A DNA stretch of 64,000 bases from Candidatus Eiseniibacteriota bacterium (lineage in GTDB: Bacteria > Orphanbacterota > Orphanbacteria > Orphanbacterales > Orphanbacteraceae): the NCBI GenBank assembly GCA_024276995.1, contig JAJRWB010000012.1, positions 24,173 to 88,172 on the forward strand. The letters run 5' to 3'. Numbering within the stretch: the first letter of the stretch is position 1; the number at the start of each line of letters is the position of its first letter. Position numbers and translations under genes: made by a program. This document shows positions 29,417 through 39,176 of this stretch, piece by piece. A model generated the notes under the pieces. It searched no databases, was not told the origin of the DNA, and saw only the letters and a list, made by a program, of their open reading frames with translations.

Positions 29417-31087
29417 TCAGCAGAGCGATACCGGTTCGTCGCCGAGACGCTTCGGTTCGACTTCCTCCCGCCGCGGCGGGGGACGACGGAAGGCGAGCGC
29501 CGCCTGGATGACGAGGACCAGGGCAAGCACGAAGAGCACCGCCGATGTCATCCGGACCACGCCGGTGGCACTTTCGGAAAAGATCAGAATCACGAGCGCC
29601 CAGAGCGTCATGGCGATCATGAAGACCATCGGCACGAAGGTGAAGATTACGGAGCGCCCTTTCTGTCTCAGCCAGAGGGTGATCACCAACAACGCGAGGC
29701 CGGCGAGGAGCTGGTTCGTCGCGCCGAACACCGGCCAGATGGCACGCCAGGCGGGAACGACATTCCCCTGGGCATCGGTGAGGGTGACGAAAGCGAAAAC
29801 CGCCGGGAGGGCGAGGGACGCCACGGTTCCGGCGATGCGCCCCCGGTTCCCCTCGAACCCGAAGATTTCCTGGAAGATGTAACGGGCGAGGCGCGTGCAT
29901 GTGTCGAGCGTGGTGAGGAGGAACGTCGATACCGCCAGGAGCCCGAAGTGCCTGCCCGCTCCGGGAGGAAGCCCGAGCACCGAGAGGAACCGGCCCATGC
30001 CGTCGGCGAAGACGAGCGTCGGATGGATCCCGGCGAGACTCGTACCGGGCGCGAGCACCATAACCGTGGCGAGGGCGATCACGGCGAGCACCCCCTCGAT
30101 GAGCATCGACCCATACCCGATCGGTGTGGCGTCTCGTTCGCACCGGAGCTGTTTCGACGACGTACCGGAAGCGACGATCGAATGGAATCCGGAGCATGCG
30201 CCGCACGCCACGGTGATGAAGAGGATCGGGAAAAGGGGGCCGATCTTCGCGTGAAGCGACGTGAAGGCGGGATACTCCACGGGGAGTCCGCCCAGGAGAA
30301 TGCCCGCGAATCCGCCCACGATGGAAGCGTAAAGGAGAAACGAGGAGAGGAAATCGCGGGGCTGGAGAAGCGCCCATACCGGTACGATCGACGCGAGCAG
30401 GCAATAGAGGAGGAGAACGATATCCCAGAACCGCTTCACCTCCCCGGCGACCGGCGGCGGAGAAAGGGGCATCTTCGGTCCCGCCCAGAGGGCGGCGGCG
30501 AGGAGGGGAATGAAGACGAGAGTGGTGCGGCCGAGGGGCGCCCCTCCTCGGTAGAGAAGGAGACCGAGAACGATGGCGAGGAGGATGAAGAGCATCGAGG
30601 AGGAGGCGACGCCGCCGTCGGCGGTGAACGTACCCGACGTGAGGTCGAGGAAGACGATAAGCACGTAGATCATGGCGAGCCATATGAAAAGGAGGAAGAG
30701 GATGTACCCGGTACGGGACATGTGAATGTTCACCAGTTCCGCCACCGACCGTGCCTTGTGGCGGATCGACGCCACGAGGGAGCCGAAGTCGTGGACGCCG
30801 CCGATGAAGATCGAGCCGATCACCACCCAGATGATCGCCGGCAGCCATCCGAATGCGATGCCGGCGATGATCGGCCCCACGATCGGCCCGGCGCCGGCGA
30901 TCGACGAGAAATGGTGGCCGAGAAGCAACGGCGTCTTCGTGGGCACGTAGTCGACGCCGTCGTACATCGTTTCCGATGGAACCTTATTCCGGTTGTCGAG
31001 TTCGAACCTGCGACCGAGGAAGGCTCCATAGAAGCGGTAGGCGATAATGAAACAGAGAAGACAGAATGTGAAAATCCCCGCGAGCAT
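29417..31087 (-). CDS. cstA: carbon starvation protein A family transporter
   Basis: DGVDYVPT, GHHFSSIAGAGPIVGP, GGVHDF, ACGACSGFH, IWPVFGATNQLLA. Confidence 0.95.
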   Translation of the reverse strand: MLAGIFTFCLLCFIIAYRFYGAFLGRRFELDNRNKVPSETMYDGVDYVPTKTPLLLGHHFSSIAGAGPIVGPIIAGIAFGWLPAIIWVVIGSIFIGGVHDFGSLVASIRHKARSVAELVNIHMSRTGYILFLLFIWLAMIYVLIVFLDLTSGTFTADGGVASSSMLFILLAIVLGLLLYRGGAPLGRTTLVFIPLLAAALWAGPKMPLSPPPVAGEVKRFWDIVLLLYCLLASIVPVWALLQPRDFLSSFLLYASIVGGFAGILLGGLPVEYPAFTSLHAKIGPLFPILFITVACGACSGFHSIVASGTSSKQLRCERDATPIGYGSMLIEGVLAVIALATVMVLAPGTSLAGIHPTLVFADGMGRFLSVLGLPPGAGRHFGLLAVSTFLLTTLDTCTRLARYIFQEIFGFEGNRGRIAGTVASLALPAVFAFVTLTDAQGNVVPAWRAIWPVFGATNQLLAGLALLVITLWLRQKGRSVIFTFVPMVFMIAMTLWALVILIFSESATGVVRMTSAVLFVLALVLVIQAALAFRRPPPRREEVEPKRLGDEPVSLC

Positions 31088-31163
31088 GGTACGGCTCTCC
31101 CGCCGGAAGCAAAAAGAACGACCGCGCGCCTTCAGGTAGAGGGAATACCGGGAGGCGTTTTCC

Positions 31164-31192
31164 AGTATACTGGCGACAGCGGCGACGGTCAA
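31164..31192 (-). promoter_or_regulatory. sigma70 promoter of cstA
   Basis: TTGACC-N17-TATACT on the minus strand; the -10 sits inside palindrome CCAGTATACTGG. Confidence 0.65.
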
Positions 31193-31219
31193 AGGGGGAG
31201 ATGCCGGGAGGGTTCGACG

Positions 31220-32506
31220 ATGGAAAACACGGAACGGATCATCGGCCGGGTGGCCACCGTCATTCTCGGCGGCGGGCGGGGGACGAGACTCTTCCCACTC
31301 ACCCGGGAGCGCGCCAAGCCGGCGATCAGTTTCGGCGGCAAGTACCGGCTCATCGATATCCCGATCTCGAACAGCATCAACTCGGGGATCCGGAAGATCT
31401 TCGTGCTCACCCAGTTCCTTTCCGCCGGACTGCACAGGCATATCACGCGGACATACAGGCTCGACAGTTTCTCCGACGGTTTCGTCGAGATTCTCGCCGC
31501 CGAGCAGAGCCATACGCATCTCGAGTGGTTCCAGGGGACGGCCGACGCGGTACGACAGAACCTCCGGTACCTCCTGCGGGGGAGCGCCGAGAACTTCATC
31601 ATTCTCGCCGGGGACCAGCTCTACAGGATGAGTTTCCGGAATATGCTCGCCTCCCACCTCTATCACGACGCGGATGTCACCATCGCGGCGACGCTCATCC
31701 CGGAAGAGGACGTTACGAGGATGGGAATCCTGCGATGCGACCCCGACGGCAGGGTGCTCGAGGCGGTGGAGAAACCGGACGACTCGGAGCGCATCGAAGA
31801 GCTGAGAATCCCCGAAGGGGTAAGGGTGCGGTACATGACGGGCACCGACGGGCGGAATCACGTCGGCTCGATGGGTATCTACATCTTCCGGCGCCGGGCG
31901 CTCGTCGATCTCCTTTCCGACCTCGAGATACAGAGCTTCGCCCACGATCTGCTCCCACGGGCGGTGGAAAAGTACAGAGTGTTCTCCCACCCCTTCGGCG
32001 ACTACTGGGTCGACGTGGGAACGATCCGGAGCTACTTCGACGCCAACCTCGATCTCACCGACCCGGTGCCGCGGTTCAACCTCTACCAGTGGCAGTACCC
32101 GATCTTCTCGCGGCACCGGAATCTCCCCGCCGCCCGGATCGTCGGGGGCGACCTGAGGCGGGTGATCGTCGGCGAGGGATCGATTGTCGAGGATGCGCGA
32201 ATCGAACGGTCGATCGTGGGGCTGCGCTCGATGATCCGGTCGGGCGCGGTGTTGAAAAACGCGATCGTCCTGGGGAACGATCACATGCCCGGCGAGGAGG
32301 ATGGGAAGCGGATCCCGGAGATCTGCGGGAGTGTGTATGTCGAAAACGCGATTATCGACAAGAACGTAACCATCGGCGAGGGAAGTCGTATCGTCTCGTC
32401 CGGGGGAGCGGCCGAAAAGGACGAAGAGCTCTACTGCGTGCGGGACGGGCTCGTGGTGGTGCCTCAGGGTGTGACGATCCCCCCGGGAACGACGATCGAA
32501 ATCTAA
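31220..32506 (+). CDS. glgC: glucose-1-phosphate adenylyltransferase
   Basis: ILGGGRGTRLFPLT..RAKPA..FGGKYRLIDIP, WFQGTADAVRQ, GDQLYRM, EKP, SMGIY. Confidence 0.96.
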   Translation: MENTERIIGRVATVILGGGRGTRLFPLTRERAKPAISFGGKYRLIDIPISNSINSGIRKIFVLTQFLSAGLHRHITRTYRLDSFSDGFVEILAAEQSHTHLEWFQGTADAVRQNLRYLLRGSAENFIILAGDQLYRMSFRNMLASHLYHDADVTIAATLIPEEDVTRMGILRCDPDGRVLEAVEKPDDSERIEELRIPEGVRVRYMTGTDGRNHVGSMGIYIFRRRALVDLLSDLEIQSFAHDLLPRAVEKYRVFSHPFGDYWVDVGTIRSYFDANLDLTDPVPRFNLYQWQYPIFSRHRNLPAARIVGGDLRRVIVGEGSIVEDARIERSIVGLRSMIRSGAVLKNAIVLGNDHMPGEEDGKRIPEICGSVYVENAIIDKNVTIGEGSRIVSSGGAAEKDEELYCVRDGLVVVPQGVTIPPGTTIEI

Positions 32507-32530
32507 AGAAAAAAGGAGAGGGACACAGCC

Positions 32531-33274
32531 TTGGGATTCACGGGATCACTTCTGGGCGGAGTTATCGGGTGGGCGGTCGCCGGGCCCCTCGGGGGGATCG
32601 TCGGCTCCCTCATCGGCGGCGGCGTGTCGTCGTCGATCGGTTCGCGGACGGAGGGAGCGCCCGGCGCGTCGCGCCCCCGGGCGGTTCGTCGCGGCGGCGA
32701 AGGCGCTTCGGCGGCGATCGCCCTCGTGGTGCTCATGGCGGCGGTGACCCGGGCGGACAAGAAGGTGAGCAAGGGGGAAGTTGCGTATGTAAAGGAGTTT
32801 CTCCTGCGATCTTTCGGCAGGGAGAACGCCGCCGACATGATGAAGGTGTACAAGGAAGCGCTCGACCGCGAACTCGATCTCGCGCCGATCTGCGAGCAGA
32901 TGCGCGCCGCGCTGCCACGCGCCGCGCTAAGCCAGTTGATTCATACACTCATCGGTCTCGTGCAGGCGGACAGCGAGGCGGCCGAATCCGAGATCCGCAT
33001 GGTGCGGGAGATCGCCCGCCGGCTCGGTCTTCCCGACGAGGAGCTTTCCCGTATCGAGGCGATGTACTGGAACGACACCGACTCCGCCTACAAGGTGCTC
33101 GGCGCGACGTCGACCGACTCGATGACCGACATCAAGAAGAAGTACAGGGAACTGGCCAAGAAGTACCATCCCGATAAGGTCTCCCATCTCGGCGAGGAGT
33201 TTCGGGAGCTGGCGAGAAAGAAGTTCGTTCAGATCCAAGAAGCGTACGAGACGATCGAAAAGAGCCGCGCTTGA
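32531..33274 (+). CDS. djlA: DjlA-like co-chaperone (TM, TerB-like, C-terminal J domain)
   Basis: Gly-rich N-terminal TM, AAVTRADKKV, YKVLG...KKYHPDK. Confidence 0.8.
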   Translation: MGFTGSLLGGVIGWAVAGPLGGIVGSLIGGGVSSSIGSRTEGAPGASRPRAVRRGGEGASAAIALVVLMAAVTRADKKVSKGEVAYVKEFLLRSFGRENAADMMKVYKEALDRELDLAPICEQMRAALPRAALSQLIHTLIGLVQADSEAAESEIRMVREIARRLGLPDEELSRIEAMYWNDTDSAYKVLGATSTDSMTDIKKKYRELAKKYHPDKVSHLGEEFRELARKKFVQIQEAYETIEKSRA

Positions 33275-33313
33275 TTCTCCGCCCCGCCGCGCGACGGCGT
33301 GCGGACCGTCGCC

Positions 33314-35321
33314 TCAATCAACCGTTTGCCCCGCCGCGCGGGCACGCGCCTCCAATCTCCGGATCATCTTCTCAGTTTCGTCCACGTCCATGCCGATCCG
33401 TTTCCCCCGGGAGTTCTCCCGGATCCAGGTAAGGTGGCGGATGGCGGCGGCATACGCTTCTTCGGCGCGGCGTGGTCTTCCCGCGGACATGGCGTCGTCG
33501 CCGGACCGCCGGTAGAGATCCACCAGGGTTTCATGCACCGGTCCTGCGCCGCGTTCTTCGATTCCCGACAGCAACGCTTTCTCGCACGGCGCGATCACTT
33601 CTTCCGGCGAAGCGCCGGAACGGTGGCGCAGCTCGGCGAGCCTGAGAAGAAGGGGCACCTTCGCCGGACCGGAGGCGACGAGCCGCTCGAGTGCTTCCAG
33701 GGCGGCGTCCGTTCCCTTCTCTCTCACCAGCCGGTCCGTCTCGGCAAGCCGATCTTTCCACGGTGCGCGCTCCGTGCGGGAATAGATAGTGATCGTGGGA
33801 CGGAAGTAACCATAGTCGCTCGGGAGAAGTTTCCACGTAAACGGGATCGGGCCGAAGCGGATCGGGCGCTCGAAGGTTAAGGTTTTCTTGTAAGACCCGC
33901 CCGGGCCGATCTGTTCGAGAAACCGGCTCCGGGCGATGCGGTCGCCGATCGAATAGTCGGGAATGGCGATTTCCACGTCCGCGATCATCAGTATTTCCGG
34001 GTCGTACGCGGCGAGCCGGACCGGTTCGAATCCGGTGACCACGGTGGGATGGATTTTCGTGTCGATCGGCGGCGTATAGTACGCCCTTCCGTTTCTCGGG
34101 CTCGGAACGGCGATCATCGCACCGGCGGGGACGTTGTCGCGGATCCACCGGGCCGCCTCGTCCCTTACGTCGGTGGTGGAGAAGATCGACGCAATGGTGA
34201 TCGCGTGAAGGAGGGCGAATGCGCCCAGGAAGAGCACCGCGGCGACAGCGACCTTTCGCCCGCACCGGACGAGGCGACCGAGGGCGAGTCCCCCGAATAG
34301 GGAGGCGAGCACCGACAGCGGCAAGAAGTGGCGATAGAAGAGCAAAGGGCTTACGACGAAAAGAACGGTGAAGGCCGCCGCCACGGCGAAGAGCACCCAT
34401 TTCCCCTTCTCCTTACGTTCGGGCGAGGAGGAAGACACCGAAGGGAAAGAGAATCGCCAGTGGAAAACCGAGGGAGTTGACGATCATGGGAAGAAGCGTC
34501 CCCCCCCGGAAGAGGGGGGAGTAGTAGAAAAGGCCGCCGAGACCGGTGGGGCCGAGGAAGGAGCGGAGATCGACGATGGCGGGAAACCCGACAAGGAGTC
34601 CGGCGATGAAACAGGTCGCCGCGCTCCATCGTTTCCATGAGCGTCACGATTCGGCGTCCGCGAGGATCGCGTAGAGCGGCGCCGCGATGACGACGATGGA
34701 GATATACTTCGTCGCCGTGGCGAGGCCGGCAAAACCCCATGCGAGGGCAAGTGCCGCCGTGCTTTTCCGCGAGGCGAACCGCAGGGCGAAGTAAACCGCC
34801 GCGAGAGACACCGTGCTCGCGGTAAGATCCACCGCGGCATAATGGCTCTGGATCACGTGGTTCGGATTGACGGCGAGGAGGAAAGCCGCGCCGTAGCCGG
34901 CGCCTCGCCCGAGAGACAATGCGATCAACCCGGCGAGGAGCACCGCCACGGCCCCCGCAAGGGCCGAAACGATCCTGCCGCGCAATGTCCACGCGGCATG
35001 CAGGGCGGCGGGGGCTTCCCGCCACTCATCGAAGGTGAGTCCGAACGGCGCCGGAACCGTGGGATCGGCGGCGATCAACGCGCCGACAAGGCAATAGTAG
35101 AACGGCGGGTTGATCATCCAGCCCGGGTGGAGGTCGAGCCGCCGGGGCTCCATGGGGGAAAGGGCCGAGCTGACCTGCCTTTCGTCGGGGTGAAACGACC
35201 GCGCTCTGTCCGCGCCATGGAGCGCCCAGTCGATTCCCGCCAGGCGAAGGGAGAGAGCGAGGAGGAAGACGGCGACCCACGGAGCCGCGCGGCGGAAATG
35301 CCCCCTCCCGTCCCCTGTCAC
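33314..35321 (-). pseudogene. GT-C (ArnT/PMT-like) membrane glycosyltransferase with TPR-like tail, interrupted by an in-frame TGA and a frameshift
   Basis: SFHPDE, NPPFYY, ATATKY. TGA at 34644-34646; the frame continues as a hydrophobic protein to about 34407, then shifts into the 33314..34438 ORF (YRHFLPL, AARWIRDNVPAGA). Confidence 0.7.
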
Positions 35322-35845
35322 TCGCACTCCTTCCGAAAGGCGCACGTCTCGCAGAACGAAGCCTCCCACGCCTCGTCGAAAACCGCTTCCACCGCCCGGA
35401 TCGCCTTCCGGTCGGTGGTGATGAGGCCGAGCTCGAGATTACGCCGGCTCGCCCCCCGTGCGCCGAGGCCTGCACCGGTGAGATTCGCGCTTCCCGTGTA
35501 AAGAAACCGCCCGTCCACTGCGACGATCTTCATGTGCGATCGCCGGCAGAACATCATTTCGAATCTCTCGGAGCGCGCGAGGGTCGGCCGCGCCGCGAGC
35601 GATTCCCTGAACGGTCCCGATGGCCTGCCGCCGTGAAGGATCGAAATCTTCACGTCCCGCTCGACGAGCTTTTCGAACTCCCCCACGATCGAGCGGTACC
35701 ACCGCCGCTTTCGCACGTAAATATCCTTCACGTTCGCCGTGGCGATCTTGACGTATTCCTTCGCCTTCAAGATCCCGTCCCGGAAGACGACGGTGTGGTG
35801 TTCCTCGTGGCGGACAATGCGGAAAGGGCTGACCGGGTCGCTCAG
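35318..35845 (-). CDS. single-domain phospholipase D/nuclease family protein
   Basis: HMKIVAVD (HxKxxxxD)...GSANLTGAG...N.ELG; CTG start inferred from AGGAGG 5 nt upstream. Confidence 0.8.
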   Translation of the reverse strand: MSDPVSPFRIVRHEEHHTVVFRDGILKAKEYVKIATANVKDIYVRKRRWYRSIVGEFEKLVERDVKISILHGGRPSGPFRESLAARPTLARSERFEMMFCRRSHMKIVAVDGRFLYTGSANLTGAGLGARGASRRNLELGLITTDRKAIRAVEAVFDEAWEASFCETCAFRKECE

Positions 35846-37047
35846 GGGAGCCTCCTGATAACGAGGATCGTGGCGTCGTCGTCCCATTTGCCGCCGCCGA
35901 AGTTCTTCGCGGCTTCGAAGATCGCCTCGAGCAGTTCCTGGGCGGAGGCATTCTTGTGCTTCTCCATCAGTTCGGAAACGGGATCATCCCCGAAGTCTTC
36001 ACTCGCGGCGTCGTGCCGTTCTAGGATACCGTCGGTGAGGATCACCAGCACGCCTCCCCTGTCGAGGTGGACGAAGCCCCGCTTGAAACGGATATGCGGA
36101 AGGGGACCGAGAATCGAACCTCCCACGTCGAGCCGGAAGAATCCACGGTCCATCAGGAGGAACGGGGGGACATGTCCGGCGTTGACGTACATCAAGTTGC
36201 CGTTCGCCTCGAGCTCGCCGTAGAAGAGGGAGACGAACTTCGTGGAGACCGTGCTTCGATGAATCACACGGTTCAGCTTCTCGATGGTAGGGGAGATTTT
36301 CGTTTCCTTCTCCACGCCCATGCGAAGCCCCGTCACCACGTCGCGTACGAGAAGGGCGGCGGGGAGGCCGTGGCCGCTCGCGTCGCCGAGGGCGATACCG
36401 AGAATATCCTCGCTCAGCTCGAGGAGGTCGTAGAAATCGCCCCCCACGTCCTCGGCGGACACCGACCGCGCGGCGATTTCGTAGCCCGGAAAGACGGGGT
36501 TCCTCTTCGGAAAGAGGCTTCGCTGGATAAGACGAGTCTCCTTCATGTCCGCGCGGATTCCCTCGGTCTCGAACCTATGGTTCAGCGCGTGGCGAATCGT
36601 GTTGAGGCATAGTTCGATCTCCTCACGCTGCCAACCGGGCGCGAGGCCGAAGGCGAGCACCGCGAGCCGCTCCCGCCCGACGAGAATCGCGGCCGAATCG
36701 GTGAAGCCGCCGATGACGTTCTCCTCGAATTCCTTGTCGATGCCGGGGGTGGTTGAATCGAAGATGTAGCACCTGTTCTTCATCAGGAGCCGGACGGGGG
36801 GATAGTCGAGGGGGATCCGCTTGCCCGCTTCGTCCCGGTTCGCGCTCTTCAGGTTGAGCCGGAGCTTCAGCTCGTCTCCCACCACCTCGTAGAGGCGGCC
36901 GTTGGCGATGGAAAGGCTTTCGCCGAACTGATCGACCACCTCGTGAATAACATCGGAAAGAAGCTTCGTTCTCTCGCCGGACATCTCGATCCGCGAGAGG
37001 AGCGTGTCGAGTTGTCGATAGAATCTTTTCCCGTCATGCAGCGGCAT
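35842..37047 (-). CDS. PP2C/SpoIIE (RsbU-like) phosphatase with N-terminal GAF-like region
   Basis: VGGDFYD, GDASGHGLPAAL, NAGH, TDGI, DDAT. Confidence 0.9.
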   Translation of the reverse strand: MPLHDGKRFYRQLDTLLSRIEMSGERTKLLSDVIHEVVDQFGESLSIANGRLYEVVGDELKLRLNLKSANRDEAGKRIPLDYPPVRLLMKNRCYIFDSTTPGIDKEFEENVIGGFTDSAAILVGRERLAVLAFGLAPGWQREEIELCLNTIRHALNHRFETEGIRADMKETRLIQRSLFPKRNPVFPGYEIAARSVSAEDVGGDFYDLLELSEDILGIALGDASGHGLPAALLVRDVVTGLRMGVEKETKISPTIEKLNRVIHRSTVSTKFVSLFYGELEANGNLMYVNAGHVPPFLLMDRGFFRLDVGGSILGPLPHIRFKRGFVHLDRGGVLVILTDGILERHDAASEDFGDDPVSELMEKHKNASAQELLEAIFEAAKNFGGGKWDDDATILVIRRLP

Positions 37048-37190
37048 AAACTTCCTCTTTCTCCCCGCGAACGGCCCCACAGATGTTCCGTGACGGGCGG
37101 TGTGTTGGCAAGGAGAAATCGGCCCGCCCGCGCCTCGCCGGTGCTCGGTCGTCCCGGAGTTTCGGAGCTCTTCCGAAAGACGATTTCTTG

Positions 37191-37219
37191 TTGCCAAACA
37201 GGCAGGAGGCGAATATAAT
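37191..37219 (+). promoter_or_regulatory. sigma70 promoter of the atp operon
   Basis: TTGCCA-N17-TATAAT. Confidence 0.75.
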
Positions 37220-37228
37220 ATAAATCTT

Positions 37229-37522
37229 TTGAGCAGCGAAAACCGGAAAAAGGAGAAAAACGGTCCCGATCCGGTGCGGAGCGGGTTCGACAAGATCAGG
37301 CGGGCGGGGCGAGCCGAGTCGCTTGTGGGGCGCTATCTCCACCTGGGGCTTACGTTTACGCTCTCCATCCTCCTTTTTCTCTACGTGGGGTATCGGCTCG
37401 ACGGCCGTCTCGGGACGCTCCCCCTGTTCACCCTGATCGGGACGTTTCTCGGAGCCGGCGGGGGCTTCCTGTACATCTACAGGGAGCTGATCACCGGGCG
37501 GGGACGGAACGGGTCGGAGTGA
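37229..37522 (+). CDS. AtpZ/AtpI-family small membrane protein; start uncertain
   Basis: GYRLDGRLGTLPLFTLIGTFLG; first gene of the atp operon. Confidence 0.8.
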   Translation: MSSENRKKEKNGPDPVRSGFDKIRRAGRAESLVGRYLHLGLTFTLSILLFLYVGYRLDGRLGTLPLFTLIGTFLGAGGGFLYIYRELITGRGRNGSE

Positions 37523-37526
37523 CCGA

Positions 37527-37970
37527 ATGAGAGCGGGATCGGTTCGGCTTTTCGGGGCAGGCTGCCTGGTTGTGGTGGCGCTGCTCTTCTTCGGCCTCAG
37601 ACCGCTTTACATGGCGCGGTTCCGGGAAGAGGGGGTTCTCTCTCTCGCGCTGGGCCTCGCTGCGTGTCTCGGAGTGGTGGGGGCGAGTTTTTTCTTGCTG
37701 AGGTGGGCGATCGGGGCGTCGAACGCCGCATTCCACCTCGCCTTCGCCGGCGGGATCGCCGGGCGCCTGCTTATTCTCGGGGCGCTCGTGGGCATCTCCC
37801 GCCTGGCGCCGGGCGTGAACGGGACGGGTGTCGCGTTCGCGGTGATAACGGCTTTCTTTCCGCTTACCATCCTGGAGCTTTTCTGCGTGCTCCGGGGGAA
37901 GAGCGGATCAAATGAGCGGGACCGGCGGGACGACACTCCGGGGCGGTCTCGAGCGGGACGAATAGAATGA
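37527..37970 (+). CDS. ATP synthase protein I-like 4-TM protein
   Basis: Four hydrophobic segments, GGIAGRLL; position immediately before atpB. Confidence 0.6.
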   Translation: MRAGSVRLFGAGCLVVVALLFFGLRPLYMARFREEGVLSLALGLAACLGVVGASFFLLRWAIGASNAAFHLAFAGGIAGRLLILGALVGISRLAPGVNGTGVAFAVITAFFPLTILELFCVLRGKSGSNERDRRDDTPGRSRAGRIE

Positions 37971-38845
37971 CGGAGACAACAGTCGGGGAGTTCCTGCTCG
38001 CGCAGGTGGGCGGGCACGGTGGCGAAGAAGCGGTCGGGGGCGCGGTCCACGGAGCGGAGCACGCCGCCGGATCGTTCGAATTCACCGAGATGTTTCACCA
38101 CATCCAGGACCACGCGCTCATCGCCATTCCCCCGGTGCATATCGGCGGTGTGACCTTCGATTTCTCGATCACCAAGTTCATCCTCATGATGTGGATCTCC
38201 GGGCTTCTCTCCCTTCTCGTCTTTGGTGCGGTGGGGAGGAGGATCCGGGACGGGCGCGCGCCCCGCGGCGCCTTCGCGAACCTGTTCGAATCTCTCTTCC
38301 TCTTCGTCCGGGATGAGATGGTTTACAACATGATGGGGAAGGAAGCGGGGCGGCGTTACGCGCCGTATTTTTCGTCCCTTTTCTTCTTCATCCTGTTCTG
38401 CAATCTCTTCGGGCTCATCCCATTCATGAATACGGCCACGGGAAACCTGGCGGTTACCGGCGGGCTCGCCGTGCTGACCTTCCTCATGACCCAGGCGGGG
38501 GGGATGCGCGCCATCGGTGTCGTACCCTAGCTGAAGAACATCGTTCCACCGGGGCTTCCCGTTTTTCTCTTTCCCATCATGTTGCCCATCGAAATCATGG
38601 GGCACTTCACGAAGCCCTTCGCCCTCACCGTGCGACTCTTCGCCAACATGGTCGGCGGCCACGTGATCATCTTGTCGCTCATCGGCATGATTTTCATGTT
38701 TCGCGCACTCTGGGTCGCCCCAATAGCGATCGGGTTCATATTGTTCATCGATTTTCTCGAAGTGCTTGTGGCGTTTCTGCAGGCGTATGTTTTCGTTCTT
38801 CTGTCGATCCTCTTCGTCAATTCGGCGATTCATCCGGAGCATTAG
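37967..38845 (+). CDS. atpB: ATP synthase Fo subunit a, with in-frame TAG at 38528-38530
   Basis: FSITK, NLFGLIPF..TATGNL, then PIE...KPFALTVRLFANMVGGH, LQAYVF in the same frame across the TAG. Confidence 0.9.
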
Positions 38846-38924
38846 ACGGAGGATCAACATTCATGACCGTCCGCGCGGGTGAAAGGAAACCGCCGGAGGG
38901 GAGTCATCAAGGAGGAAACAGGAA

Positions 38925-39146
38925 ATGGATTTCGGATTTCTCGGTGCTGGTATCGGAGCCGGTCTTGCTGTGATCGGCGCTGGTCTCGGAATCGGCCGGC
39001 TCGCCGGCTCCGCACTGGAGAGCATGGGCCGCCAGCCGGAGGCGATGGGCGATCTCCGGGCGAACATGGTGATCGCCGCCGCCCTCGTCGAGGGGGTCGC
39101 GCTGTTCGCGCTCGTTATCTGTATTCTTCTGGCCACGAAGGCTTGA
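38925..39146 (+). CDS. atpE: ATP synthase Fo subunit c
   Basis: GAGLGIG, RQPEA, AALVEGVALF. Confidence 0.97.
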   Translation: MDFGFLGAGIGAGLAVIGAGLGIGRLAGSALESMGRQPEAMGDLRANMVIAAALVEGVALFALVICILLATKA

Positions 39147-39176
39147 TCACCGGCGACGCCGAAGGCGGGGGTTTGA

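Noticed and set aside
29411-32506. Apparent 1031-aa GlgC and 955-aa CstA with long N-terminal extensions
   Set aside because: Each extension is the antisense shadow of the other gene; real starts are 31220 and 31087, with a promoter between them.
34644-38530. Genome-wide stop-codon reassignment suggested by internal TGA and TAG
   Set aside because: Both codons end many conserved genes at expected positions, and the TGA gene also has a frameshift.
38925-39146. Na+-translocating or N-type ATPase
   Set aside because: c subunit lacks the Q...E-S/T signature and gene order is the standard F-type.
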